Shown here: in pieces, positions 36,980 through 45,567 of the stretch
How the letters are laid out: every line of letters starts with the position of its first letter
Position numbering within the stretch: the first letter of the stretch is position 1
Source of the DNA: Phycisphaerae bacterium
GTDB lineage: Bacteria; Planctomycetota; Phycisphaerae; SM23-33
Reading direction: 5' to 3'
Assembly: GCA_046541415.1 (NCBI GenBank)
Contig: JBKHDI010000001.1
Coordinates: 32,657-96,656 of the forward strand
Length of the DNA stretch: 64,000 nucleotides
The notes under the pieces: model-generated
Seen by the model: the letters and a program-made list of their open reading frames with translations, nothing else
The model's database searches: none
What the model was told of the DNA's origin: nothing
Program-made: the position numbers and the translations under genes

Positions 36980-38182
36980 TTACGTCGTATAGTCGGCGTT
37001 GATTGTAATGTACTCTCGCGAAAGATCGCATGTCAGGGCGGTGAAGCGGCCCTTGCCCAGTCCCAGATCAGCCTGGACGTGTACTTCGCTGCCGCCCAGG
37101 TGGGCCTCCACCTTGCCCAGATCGAACTTCCGCCCGGTCCCGCCGGAGAAGATCGTCACCCCGCCGATCTTGATCTTCAGCTTCTCGGCGGTGACCTTCG
37201 CGGCGCTCTTGCCCAAGGCCATCGCAATTCGTCCCCAGTTGGGGTCCTGGCCGTGAATGGCCGTCTTGAACAGCGGGGAATCCGCGACCGACTTGGCTGC
37301 CATTTCCGCCTCGCCGTCACTGCGGGCACCGGTAACCTCCACCCGGACCAGCTTGGTCGCCCCCTCGCCGTCGAAGACAATCGCCCGGGACAACTCGCCG
37401 CAGACCTCGTCGAGCAGGGCGCCGAAGCGGGCGAAATCCTTGCTGCCGGCCTTGACGGTCTTGTTGCCCGCCTGCCCCGAAGCGAAGACCGCCACCATGT
37501 CGGACGTGGAGGTATCCGAATCCACCGTCACCGAGTTGAACGTCGTATTGACCACCTGTTTCAGCGCCCGGCTCAGCAGCGACGGCGAGATCTTCAGATC
37601 CGTGTTGATCACGCCGATCATGGTCGCCAGGGACGGGGCGATCATGCCCGAACCCTTGGCGATGCCCGCCATCGTCACCGTCTTTCCCGCAATCCGGCCC
37701 TGGACGACAGCGGACTTCTCTCGCGTATCGGTGGTCATGATCGCCCGCAGGGCGGATGTGTCGTCGCGACGAGACAGTCGCCCGGCCGCATCATCGATGC
37801 CCGTCTTGACCTTGTCCATCGGCAGACGTCGGCCGATCACGCCGGTCGAGGCGACCAGGACCTTCTCCGGCTCGGTTCCCAGGTGCTTGGCGGTGCGGGC
37901 GGCCATGGCCTGGGCGTCGCGCAGGCCCGCCTTGCCCGTGCAGACGTTGCTGCAGCCGGCGTTGATGACCATCGCTCGCGCCTTGCCGTAGCCCCTGGCA
38001 AAGGTGTTTCGACAGTACAGAATCGGGGCGCCGACGATCTGGTTCTGCGTGGTCAGAAAGGCCATCGACGCATCGGACTGGCAGGCAAAGATGGCCAGGT
38101 CTTCCTTGCCGCTGGGCTTGATGCCGCACTTGACCCCGGCGGCGACAAAGCCGGCCGGAACGGTTATGTGTCGCGTCTGCAT
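36980..38182 (-). CDS. argJ: bifunctional glutamate N-acetyltransferase/amino-acid acetyltransferase
   Basis: ArgJ autoproteolytic ATML site (GSGMIAPSLATMIGVINTD) and overall ArgJ pattern. 400 aa. Confidence 0.9.
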   Translation of the reverse strand: MQTRHITVPAGFVAAGVKCGIKPSGKEDLAIFACQSDASMAFLTTQNQIVGAPILYCRNTFARGYGKARAMVINAGCSNVCTGKAGLRDAQAMAARTAKHLGTEPEKVLVASTGVIGRRLPMDKVKTGIDDAAGRLSRRDDTSALRAIMTTDTREKSAVVQGRIAGKTVTMAGIAKGSGMIAPSLATMIGVINTDLKISPSLLSRALKQVVNTTFNSVTVDSDTSTSDMVAVFASGQAGNKTVKAGSKDFARFGALLDEVCGELSRAIVFDGEGATKLVRVEVTGARSDGEAEMAAKSVADSPLFKTAIHGQDPNWGRIAMALGKSAAKVTAEKLKIKIGGVTIFSGGTGRKFDLGKVEAHLGGSEVHVQADLGLGKGRFTALTCDLSREYITINADYTT

Positions 38183-38201
38183 GGCGCGCGGGCTCCGGGG
38201 G

Positions 38202-39239
38202 TTAGATCAGTCCGGTCGTCTCGTCCAGGCCGAACATGAGGTTCATGTTCTGGATGGCCTGGCCCGAGGCGCCCTTGATGAGGTTGTCGATCGCACTGAA
38301 GAGAACGACCTTGCCCTTGGCGACCCGGGCCGAGACGTCGCAATAGTTGGTGTTGGCGACGTACTTGGTCGCCGGCAGGGGCTCGTTGCGGACGCGGACG
38401 AAGGGGCAGTTGTCGTAGGCCTGATGGTAGACTTCCAGGATCTGCCCGGCAGTGACCTCGTCCTCGGCCGGGGTGCAGTAGATGCTCTCGAGGATGCCCC
38501 GGTCCATGGGGCAGAGGTGGGGCACGAAGAGCAGTTCGGTCTCCCGGCCCGTGAAGGTCTTGAGAGTCTGTTCCATCTCGGGCATGTGGCGGTGCGTGCC
38601 CACGCCGTAGGCTTCGAAATTCTCATTGCGGTCGGGGAAGTGGAACTTCTGGCCGGGCTTGCGCCCCGCGCCGCTGACGCCGGAGATGGCATTGACGACC
38701 AAGCCGATCGGTTCGATCAGCCCCGCCTTGAGCACCGGGGCGATGGCCAGGGCGGCGGCCGTCGGGTAGCAGCCCGGGTTGGCGATCAGCCCGGCAGAGG
38801 GAATCTGCTCGGCGAACAACTCGCACAGGCCGTAAACCGCCTCGGACAAGCCCTTCGGATCGGTGTGCGGACAGTACCACTGCTCATAGACGGCCTCGTC
38901 GGCCAGGCGGTAATCCGCCGACCAGTCGATCACGCGAATGCCCGCCTGGCGCAGCTGGGGGGTGTAGCTCATGGCCACCTGGTGGGGCACGCAGAGCATG
39001 GCCAGGTCGGGCGACAGGGCCTTGACCGTTTCCATCTCGAACAGCTGCTGGTCCAGGTCGCACAGACCCGTCAGCTGGGGGAAGAAGCCGTCCATCGGGC
39101 CCAGTTCGTTTTCGGGCCCGAAGACGCCGACCAGCTCGGCCCGGGGGTGACGGGCCAGCAGGCGGATGGCTTCGAAGCCGGCGTAGCCGCTGCCGCCGAT
39201 GAGGACGACTTTAATCGTGGAAGATTCAGACTGACTCAT
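38202..39239 (-). CDS. argC: N-acetyl-gamma-glutamyl-phosphate reductase
   Basis: NAD(P) binding VVLIGGSGYAG and catalytic Cys in GCYPTAA. 345 aa. Confidence 0.92.
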   Translation of the reverse strand: MSQSESSTIKVVLIGGSGYAGFEAIRLLARHPRAELVGVFGPENELGPMDGFFPQLTGLCDLDQQLFEMETVKALSPDLAMLCVPHQVAMSYTPQLRQAGIRVIDWSADYRLADEAVYEQWYCPHTDPKGLSEAVYGLCELFAEQIPSAGLIANPGCYPTAAALAIAPVLKAGLIEPIGLVVNAISGVSGAGRKPGQKFHFPDRNENFEAYGVGTHRHMPEMEQTLKTFTGRETELLFVPHLCPMDRGILESIYCTPAEDEVTAGQILEVYHQAYDNCPFVRVRNEPLPATKYVANTNYCDVSARVAKGKVVLFSAIDNLIKGASGQAIQNMNLMFGLDETTGLI

Positions 39240-39261
39240 ATCGGTTGTACCTCTGGGTTCT

Positions 39262-39296
39262 AAAAGACAAGCCCCAGCGCGTCTCTGCGCCGGGGC
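39262..39296 (-). terminator. intrinsic terminator after rpsI (GCCCCGGCGC-N6-GCGCTGGGGC + TTGTCTTTTAG on minus strand)
   Basis: Read directly. One mismatch in 10-bp stem. Confidence 0.5.
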
Positions 39297-39325
39297 TTGG
39301 GAAACACTCTGGATTCTCGGGCGAA

Positions 39326-39781
39326 TTAACGCTTGGAGAACTGGAACCGCCGGCGGGCGCCACGCTGACCGTACTTCTTCCTTTCCTTGGCCCGGGCGTC
39401 CCGCGTAAGCAGGCCCTGGTCACGGAGGGTGTGTTCGGTCTCAGGGATCGCATCGGACAAGGCCCGGGCCAGGCCCAGGCTGATCGCGCCGGACTGGCCG
39501 GTCATCCCGCCGCCCTGGACGTTGACGTAGACGTCCCAGTCATTGCGGGCGTCGACGGTCACCAGTGGGGCGACAACTTCGTTCTGGTGGGCGGTGAAGG
39601 GGAAATAGGCGTCGATCTGCCGCCCGTTGATCAGGAACTTGCCGCTGCCGCGATAGATGCGGACGCGGGCGACGGATTTCTTGCGACGGCCAGTGCCCCA
39701 GATCGGCCCATCCTTGGGTCCGTTGGTCTTGGCCGGGGCCGGCTGGGTCTGGACTGCTTCGGTGGATTGCGTCTCTGCCAT
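39326..39781 (-). CDS. rpsI: 30S ribosomal protein S9
   Basis: Conserved S9 C-terminus (GGGMTGQSGAI...KYGQRGARRRFQFSKR). Confidence 0.95.
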   Translation of the reverse strand: MAETQSTEAVQTQPAPAKTNGPKDGPIWGTGRRKKSVARVRIYRGSGKFLINGRQIDAYFPFTAHQNEVVAPLVTVDARNDWDVYVNVQGGGMTGQSGAISLGLARALSDAIPETEHTLRDQGLLTRDARAKERKKYGQRGARRRFQFSKR

Positions 39782-39799
39782 GAATGCGTCTTCCTGTCC

Positions 39800-40231
39800 T
39801 TACAGCGCCAGCGGCTTGGGCTGCTGGGCCTGATGGGGGTGCTTGTCGTCGTTGTAGACCTTGAGCTTCTTGAACATCGCCTTGCCCAGCTTGCTCTTGG
39901 GCAGCATGCGCCGAACGGCCAGGGCGATCGCCTCGGCGGGGTTCTCGGCCATCTGATCTTCCAGGCTCCAGACCTTCTGCCCGCCGGGATAGCCGCTGTA
40001 CCGTTGGTACTGGCGTTCGGCAGCCTTGTTGTTGCCCGTGAACTTGACGTTGGCGGCGTTGAGGACCACCACGAAGTCGCCGCAGTCCACGTGCGGGGTA
40101 TATTCCGGTTTGTGCTTGCCCATCAAGATCGTGGCGATACGGGTGGCGAGGCGGCCGATAACGCAATCCGTTGCGTCAACCACGTGCCACTGGGCTTCCA
40201 GTTCGCCTTGTTTGGCCATGTAAGACTTCAT
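39800..40231 (-). CDS. rplM: 50S ribosomal protein L13
   Basis: L13 N-terminus (EAQWHVVDATDCVIGRLAT..ILMGKHKP). Start at MKSYMAK. Track ORF extended 5'. Confidence 0.93.
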   Translation of the reverse strand: MKSYMAKQGELEAQWHVVDATDCVIGRLATRIATILMGKHKPEYTPHVDCGDFVVVLNAANVKFTGNNKAAERQYQRYSGYPGGQKVWSLEDQMAENPAEAIALAVRRMLPKSKLGKAMFKKLKVYNDDKHPHQAQQPKPLAL

Positions 40232-40347
40232 CGTCGCTGAATCCTGTTTCTGGCGGATGGTGAATGTCCGTCGTTCGTTTTGGTAAAGAGCCACGTATTA
40301 TGTCACAAGCCCACGTCAAGTCAACGAGGAATTTGTGCAATTTTCCC

Positions 40348-40365
40348 CCGCCCGGGCCCGGGCGG
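40348..40365. repeat. perfect 18-bp palindrome CCGCCCGGGCCCGGGCGG in rplM / lipoprotein divergent intergenic region
   Basis: Read directly. Flanked by further CCCGGG-containing inverted repeats (ACCCGGGT at ~40432). Confidence 0.45.
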
Positions 40366-40587
40366 ACAGAAATCGGCCAAATTTTCCAGGCCCGATCCCC
40401 GGAATCCGACCTGTATGCGTAGAAAGTGGCGACCCGGGTCCGGGAGGATCCCCCCCCGGGAGCAACCGGGCCGGAGAAGGGCGATTTCTTTCTGAGCAAA
40501 CACTTTACGTCCCGTCGCCCAGGCGTCTATCATGCGGACGAATCGACGCCTTTTCTCCAGGTCCGGAGGATGGAGATGACAGATCCT

Positions 40588-41550
40588 ATGAAAACGGGTG
40601 TATTGGTGCTGGTTTCGGTAGTCCTGCTCTTGGCGAGCGGCTGTGGAGACAGGACGCAGACGATGCGGTTCTCCTACCACAGACCCGCCCTGGTGACGCT
40701 GCCGGACGGGGTCGAGACGATGCTCATCGCACCGCTGGCCGCATCGGATGCCCAGGACAAGCCCTGGACAAACCGCGCCGCCGATACGATCAGCAACGTC
40801 CTGGCCGATTCCAGCCTGGCCAGGCAGGGTCTGGACATCCGTCTGGCCGAGCCGGGCCAAGTCGTCGAATCGGCTGGCCCAGCGGCCGAACTGGCCCGAC
40901 AGACCGGGGCAGAGTCCTGCCTGTTCGGGAGCATCGATACCTCCCATTCGCAACGAAAGGTGGTCGATCCCTACATCGATCCGCAGACCGGGCAGGTCAG
41001 CCGTCGGGATATCTGGGCAATGTCGGCCAAAGTGACAATGCAACTGCGGCTGATCCATGCAGCGGATTCGGCCACCATCACCGCAGTCGAAATCACCCGC
41101 ACCTTCGACTCGCAGGACCCCAAAGACAGCTCGCTGGTCGCCAGGGTAACCGACAGTCTGCGGGCTACCGACGAAGCACCTTCGGCTGAGCCCGTTCTGG
41201 CCGACCTGATCGAGCAGTGCGCCCGGGCCTTTGTCGCCCGGATCAGCCCGTCGCGGGTGACCGTCGAGGCCGACCTGCTGGACGGGCTGCCCGAGGCCCT
41301 GGTCGCCACGGCCAACCAGATGGCAGTTCGGAAAGACTATCAGACCGCCGCGGACCTGTATATGCAAGCCATGGACGAGGCCGGGGACCAGGCAGGCGTA
41401 ATGTACAATCTGGGCCTGGTTTACGAAGCGATGGGGCGGCTGAACGAGGCCGCCGCCATGTACGGATCGGCCAGCATGGCCTCGGCCAGACCGATTTTCA
41501 GCGAGGCGCTGCAACGAGTGGAGCGGGCGCCTCTGATAGATGGCAGCTAA
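40588..41550 (+). CDS. lipoprotein (lipobox LLASGC) with C-terminal TPR-like helical repeats
   Basis: Signal MKTGVLVLVSVVLLLASGC. C-terminal TPR-like (YQTAADLYMQAMDEAGD..GVMYNLGLVYEAMGRLNEAAAMY). Track ORF from 40426 is a 5' over-extension. Confidence 0.6.
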   Translation: MKTGVLVLVSVVLLLASGCGDRTQTMRFSYHRPALVTLPDGVETMLIAPLAASDAQDKPWTNRAADTISNVLADSSLARQGLDIRLAEPGQVVESAGPAAELARQTGAESCLFGSIDTSHSQRKVVDPYIDPQTGQVSRRDIWAMSAKVTMQLRLIHAADSATITAVEITRTFDSQDPKDSSLVARVTDSLRATDEAPSAEPVLADLIEQCARAFVARISPSRVTVEADLLDGLPEALVATANQMAVRKDYQTAADLYMQAMDEAGDQAGVMYNLGLVYEAMGRLNEAAAMYGSASMASARPIFSEALQRVERAPLIDGS

Positions 41551-41629
41551 CCACCTGGGCCGATGAATGTCCTGTAGACCTGGATGGTCGACTGACCGGC
41601 CCTGTACGGTACCAATGGAGAGACAAACG

Positions 41630-42997
41630 ATGAAACGCACACTGACAGTACTGTTTATCCTGGCGATGTTCAGCCCGCTTATCGCCGGGGCCCAGAACGC
41701 CGATTCCCTGGCCCTGCAGAAACAGGCCCAGCGCAAGCTGCTGGCTTACCGTGCCGCCCGGGCCGACGCGATCCGCAAACTCGCCGAACGCATCAAGGGC
41801 CTGGAGTTGGCCTCCCAGACCACCGTCGAAGACTTCGTGACCACCAGCGACCGGATCGTATCCTCGTTGGATACGTTCCTCAACGGCATGAAGGAGATCG
41901 ACAAGGCCAAGCACTTCGACGACGGAACCTGCGAGGTGATCATGGAAGTCAAGGTCGCCGAGCTGATCGAAGAGCTCAAGACCTACCACAAAACCTACTA
42001 CAAGGGCGACAAGATCACCATCCGCCAGATCGAGGAACTCAACACCCGCGTGGATACCAAGGTCTTCCGCGAAGTCGGCCAGGGCGCAGCGCCCGAGGCG
42101 CTGGAATCTCCCGAACAGCTGCCCCTCCAGCCCGGCGGGCGGGTGAACCTGTCCAACCTGGACAAGTCCACCGTCGAATTCTGGATGAGTCACGTCACCG
42201 GCCGCGGGAGACTGATGGCTGAACGCGCAGCCCGCGTCGACGCGATGCGCCGCCTGGCTGAGCGGATCAAGGGCGTGCACATCACCGCCACGACCACCGT
42301 GCAGGACTTCGTGGCCGAGTCGGATGTAGTCAACCTCGACACCCGCGCCTTCATCCGCGGCGCCCGCGAGGTGGGCATCCGTTACTACGACGACGAACTG
42401 ATCGTTGAGGTCGAGATGACCATCAAGCTCCGCCAGCTGCTTGCCTCGGTCAAGAGTTGGTCGCAGATGCACTACAAGGGCGACAAATCCAACATCCGCC
42501 ACCTGGAAAACCGGATCCTGGAAGTCGAGGACAAGGAGATCACCGAGGTGGGCATGGGCACGCCGCCGGCCGATTACCTCAAGAAAGACAGCGTCACCGC
42601 GGCCGATCAGATGGTCATCGAAACCGCCCAGACCGCCCCGATGTGGGTCAACGAAGAGCTGACCGTCATCGGCCAGGCCGCCCTGGACCCCGAACGACCG
42701 GCCGCCCAGGCCAAGCTGATGGCCTTCCGGGCTGCCGAGCTCGACGGGCGACGCAAGCTGGCCGAGCGGATCAACGGCCTGCAGATCACCAGCCAGACCA
42801 CCGTGGAAGATTTTGTCGCCAAGAGCGACCAGATCCGTACCATGATGCATACTTTCCAGCAGGGCGTCGGCGTGGTCGAAGGCTCGCAGAAGGTCCTGGA
42901 CGACGGCACGGTGGAAGTGACCGTCGGCGTCGATCTGCGTCCGCTGTGGAACATGATCCTGCACTACCAGAAGCAGCTTAACATCAAGTTGCGCTAA
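41630..42997 (+). CDS. secreted protein composed of three tandem LPP20/FlgP-like repeat domains
   Basis: Signal peptide MKRTLTVLFILAMFSPLIAGAQ. Three ~125-aa repeats each with A..RA.AD..R.LAERI.G..I.S.TTV.DFV..SD.I...........DDG..EV...V consensus. GGAGAG RBS. Confidence 0.6.
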   Translation: MKRTLTVLFILAMFSPLIAGAQNADSLALQKQAQRKLLAYRAARADAIRKLAERIKGLELASQTTVEDFVTTSDRIVSSLDTFLNGMKEIDKAKHFDDGTCEVIMEVKVAELIEELKTYHKTYYKGDKITIRQIEELNTRVDTKVFREVGQGAAPEALESPEQLPLQPGGRVNLSNLDKSTVEFWMSHVTGRGRLMAERAARVDAMRRLAERIKGVHITATTTVQDFVAESDVVNLDTRAFIRGAREVGIRYYDDELIVEVEMTIKLRQLLASVKSWSQMHYKGDKSNIRHLENRILEVEDKEITEVGMGTPPADYLKKDSVTAADQMVIETAQTAPMWVNEELTVIGQAALDPERPAAQAKLMAFRAAELDGRRKLAERINGLQITSQTTVEDFVAKSDQIRTMMHTFQQGVGVVEGSQKVLDDGTVEVTVGVDLRPLWNMILHYQKQLNIKLR

Positions 42998-43025
42998 CCC
43001 GCGCGATTCATGAGAAAGGCGATCC

Positions 43026-44162
43026 ATGAGACGCTCCAGAACCTGTTTGTTGCTCCTGGCCTTCGGGATGATCGCGCTGAGTTTCTCAGCCCGGGCGGTG
43101 CGGGCCCAGGATGCAGGCCTCAAGACAGTCACCGTCAGCGGCTCGGGCATGGACCAGCAGGAAGCGATCCACGACGCCAAGCGTAAGGCAATCGAGGAAG
43201 CTGCCGGCACGTACATCTACTCCCAGTCGAAGACCGAGGACTTCGTGCTGGTCAAGGACACGGTCCTGGCCCGGTCGGCCGGGTTCGTCCAGAGCTTCGA
43301 GGTCCTCTCCTCTCAGACGAGCTTCGACGGGATCGTCACCATCCGGGCCAAGGCCGTTGTCAGCGTCCAGGGGATCAAGGATCTCTGGGGCACGGTGACG
43401 ATGCTGCTGAAAGACCGCGGACGGCCAAAGATCATGGTCTTCATCCAGGAACGCATCGCCGGGCAGGTCCAGCCGTCCTCGACAGTCCAGACCCGGATCG
43501 AGCAGCAACTGCTTAAAAGCGGTTTCCAACTGGTCGACCGCAACCAGATCAAGGCGATCGACGAGAAGGACCTGGCCGCGGCGATCAGTGAATCCGACCC
43601 GGCCAAGGCCCAGGCCATCGCCCAGCGGTTCGGGGCCCAGTTGTTCATCACCGGTCTTGCCAACGCCGCATCCGGTGGCGTGAAGAACCTCTACGGCACG
43701 GAGATGTACACCTACGAAGCCGAGGCCAACATCCGCTGCTACCGCAGCGATACGGGCCAGTTGCTCTCCAGCACTCCCGGCACGGCCACGCGGGGCGTGC
43801 AGCGCGTCTGGCGGTCGGCGGCCAAGCAGGCCTTGGACCTCCAGGCCCAGCAGATCACCCCGAAGGTCGTCGACGATATCCTGCGGTTCTGGCAGGATGC
43901 TTTGGAAGGCCGGGGCGAGGTGCAGTTGAAGATCTCCAGCATCGGCTTTAAGGAGTACCTCGACCTGAAGAAGGCCCTGAACACCCTCCGGGGCGTCAAG
44001 GACGTCCGCAACGCCAACTACAGCAACAAGATCGCTGAACTCTCCATCGAGACCGACCTGACGGCAGAGGCCCTGGCGGAAAAAATCGTCACCGAGATCG
44101 ACAGCAAGATCGAGATCGAGGGCCTGACCCAGAACGTCATCAAGGGCAAGTACGGCAGCTGA
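43026..44162 (+). CDS. secreted protein: N-terminal LPP20-like domain + TolB-N/LpoB/CsgG-like alpha/beta domain + C-terminal domain
   Basis: Signal peptide MRRSRTCLLLLAFGMIALSFSARAVRA. LPP20-like segment (QEAIHDAKRKAIEEAAGTYIYSQSKTEDFVLVKD..SFDGIVTIRAKAVV). Middle domain pattern KIMVFIQE...QLVDRNQIKAI...LFITGLANAA. Family assignment tentative. Confidence 0.5.
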   Translation: MRRSRTCLLLLAFGMIALSFSARAVRAQDAGLKTVTVSGSGMDQQEAIHDAKRKAIEEAAGTYIYSQSKTEDFVLVKDTVLARSAGFVQSFEVLSSQTSFDGIVTIRAKAVVSVQGIKDLWGTVTMLLKDRGRPKIMVFIQERIAGQVQPSSTVQTRIEQQLLKSGFQLVDRNQIKAIDEKDLAAAISESDPAKAQAIAQRFGAQLFITGLANAASGGVKNLYGTEMYTYEAEANIRCYRSDTGQLLSSTPGTATRGVQRVWRSAAKQALDLQAQQITPKVVDDILRFWQDALEGRGEVQLKISSIGFKEYLDLKKALNTLRGVKDVRNANYSNKIAELSIETDLTAEALAEKIVTEIDSKIEIEGLTQNVIKGKYGS

Positions 44163-44186
44163 CGCTGCAACAGAAGCCCTGAATGC

Positions 44187-44236
44187 GAAGACGCCCCCGC
44201 ATCGACACGTTCGTTGCGGGGGCGTCTTCTGCTTCA
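44187..44236. terminator. bidirectional terminator hairpin (perfect 15-bp stem GAAGACGCCCCCGCA/TGCGGGGGCGTCTTC, 13-nt loop) between convergent genes
   Basis: Read directly. T-tracts weak on both sides. Confidence 0.55.
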
Positions 44237-44249
44237 TCCGGCGGTGGGC

Positions 44250-45338
44250 TTACTCCTCGGCCAGGGCGGCGATTTCCTTGAGTCGGTCGCGGATCGGCAG
44301 GTGCTGCGTGCAGCGTGTCTCGCAGGCCCCGCACAGTGAGCAGGCCTTGGCGTCGGCCGCCTTGAGCCCCCAGTGCCACTTCATCCGGTTGGTCATGTTG
44401 GACGGCTCGTCGCCCTTGAGAATCCGCTGGTTATAGGTGTCCATGAACTTGGGCACTTCCAGGCCTTCCGGGCAGGGCAAACAGTAGCCGCAACCGGTGC
44501 AGAGGCCCTCGAAGCTGTCGAAGATTTTCTTTCGCAGCTTCTGGACGTGCTCGGCCGGGTAGGGCGTGAAGTCCTTGACGGCTGCGACGGCCTGGTCGAC
44601 GTGCTCTTTCGTGCTGAAGCCCACCAGGGCCGAGGTCACCGACGGATTGGAAACGTTGAAGCGCAGCGCGGCGCTGACCACGTCCGGATCGTCCTGGCTG
44701 CGAATGAAGTCGAACCGCTCGGCGTGCTGCGGGATCAATCCTCCGCCCAGCGGGTTCATAGTCACCACTCCAAGCTGCTTCTGCCCGGCCAGGTCGACTG
44801 CCTTGTCGCGGAAGGGGAAGTTGATCGCGCAGTAGCCCAGCGTCACGCCTTCGAAGATGCCCTCGCTGAGGACTTGGCCGAGCTGGTCGCCGGGCATGTG
44901 GCTGGAGACGACCAGGTGGTTGATCAGGCCCTCTTCTTTGGCCTTCAGCGCCGCGGCGACAGCCCCGCCGTCCTTACGTCCCTGCCAGGCCTCGGGGCTC
45001 AGCAGGCACCAGACATGGAAGAAATCGATCGTCTCGACGCCCAGCCTGTCCAGCGAGCGTTCGAGGCTCTTGCGAAGCTCATCGCCCTTGGGGCTGGAGC
45101 ACTTGGTCGAGGTGTAGAAGGTGCCGGGCTCCATCTGGCCGATCGCCGCGCCCATGATGCCTTCGCTCTTGTCGCCGCAGTAGCCCGGGGCAGTGTCAAA
45201 GTAGTTCACGCCCTGCTTGTAGGCGTGCAGGACGATCTCGGCCATCTCGTCGGTCTGGTCCGGCTGGGGGAAACGCATCCCCCCGAAGCTGATGACGGAG
45301 ACGTCCTTGCCTGTATTGCCGTAGGGTTTGGTCCACAT
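44250..45338 (-). CDS. aldo/keto reductase fused to C-terminal 4Fe-4S ferredoxin-like cysteine clusters
   Basis: AKR TIM-barrel motifs (FDTAPGYCG..SE) plus CTGCGYCLPCP and CSLCGACETRC cluster motifs. 362 aa. Confidence 0.75.
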   Translation of the reverse strand: MWTKPYGNTGKDVSVISFGGMRFPQPDQTDEMAEIVLHAYKQGVNYFDTAPGYCGDKSEGIMGAAIGQMEPGTFYTSTKCSSPKGDELRKSLERSLDRLGVETIDFFHVWCLLSPEAWQGRKDGGAVAAALKAKEEGLINHLVVSSHMPGDQLGQVLSEGIFEGVTLGYCAINFPFRDKAVDLAGQKQLGVVTMNPLGGGLIPQHAERFDFIRSQDDPDVVSAALRFNVSNPSVTSALVGFSTKEHVDQAVAAVKDFTPYPAEHVQKLRKKIFDSFEGLCTGCGYCLPCPEGLEVPKFMDTYNQRILKGDEPSNMTNRMKWHWGLKAADAKACSLCGACETRCTQHLPIRDRLKEIAALAEE

Positions 45339-45567
45339 GTAGAAGGGGTCCTCTGCTGATTGCGCCTGTCAAGTCTGCGAGAATGGCGACGATCGCTGAG
45401 CCTAGCTGAATGGAGGGCCGTGTGCAAGGCTCCTGCCGCATCAGGCGAAATCGGGAAAGACTGAACGCATCCGGTCCGCCGGCCGATATGGAAGGGGAAT
45501 CTGCTCGGGCAGCACGGACAGGGAGGGGGTGGCGCCCCTGAGAGAACCTCAAACAAGGATACTGGAA

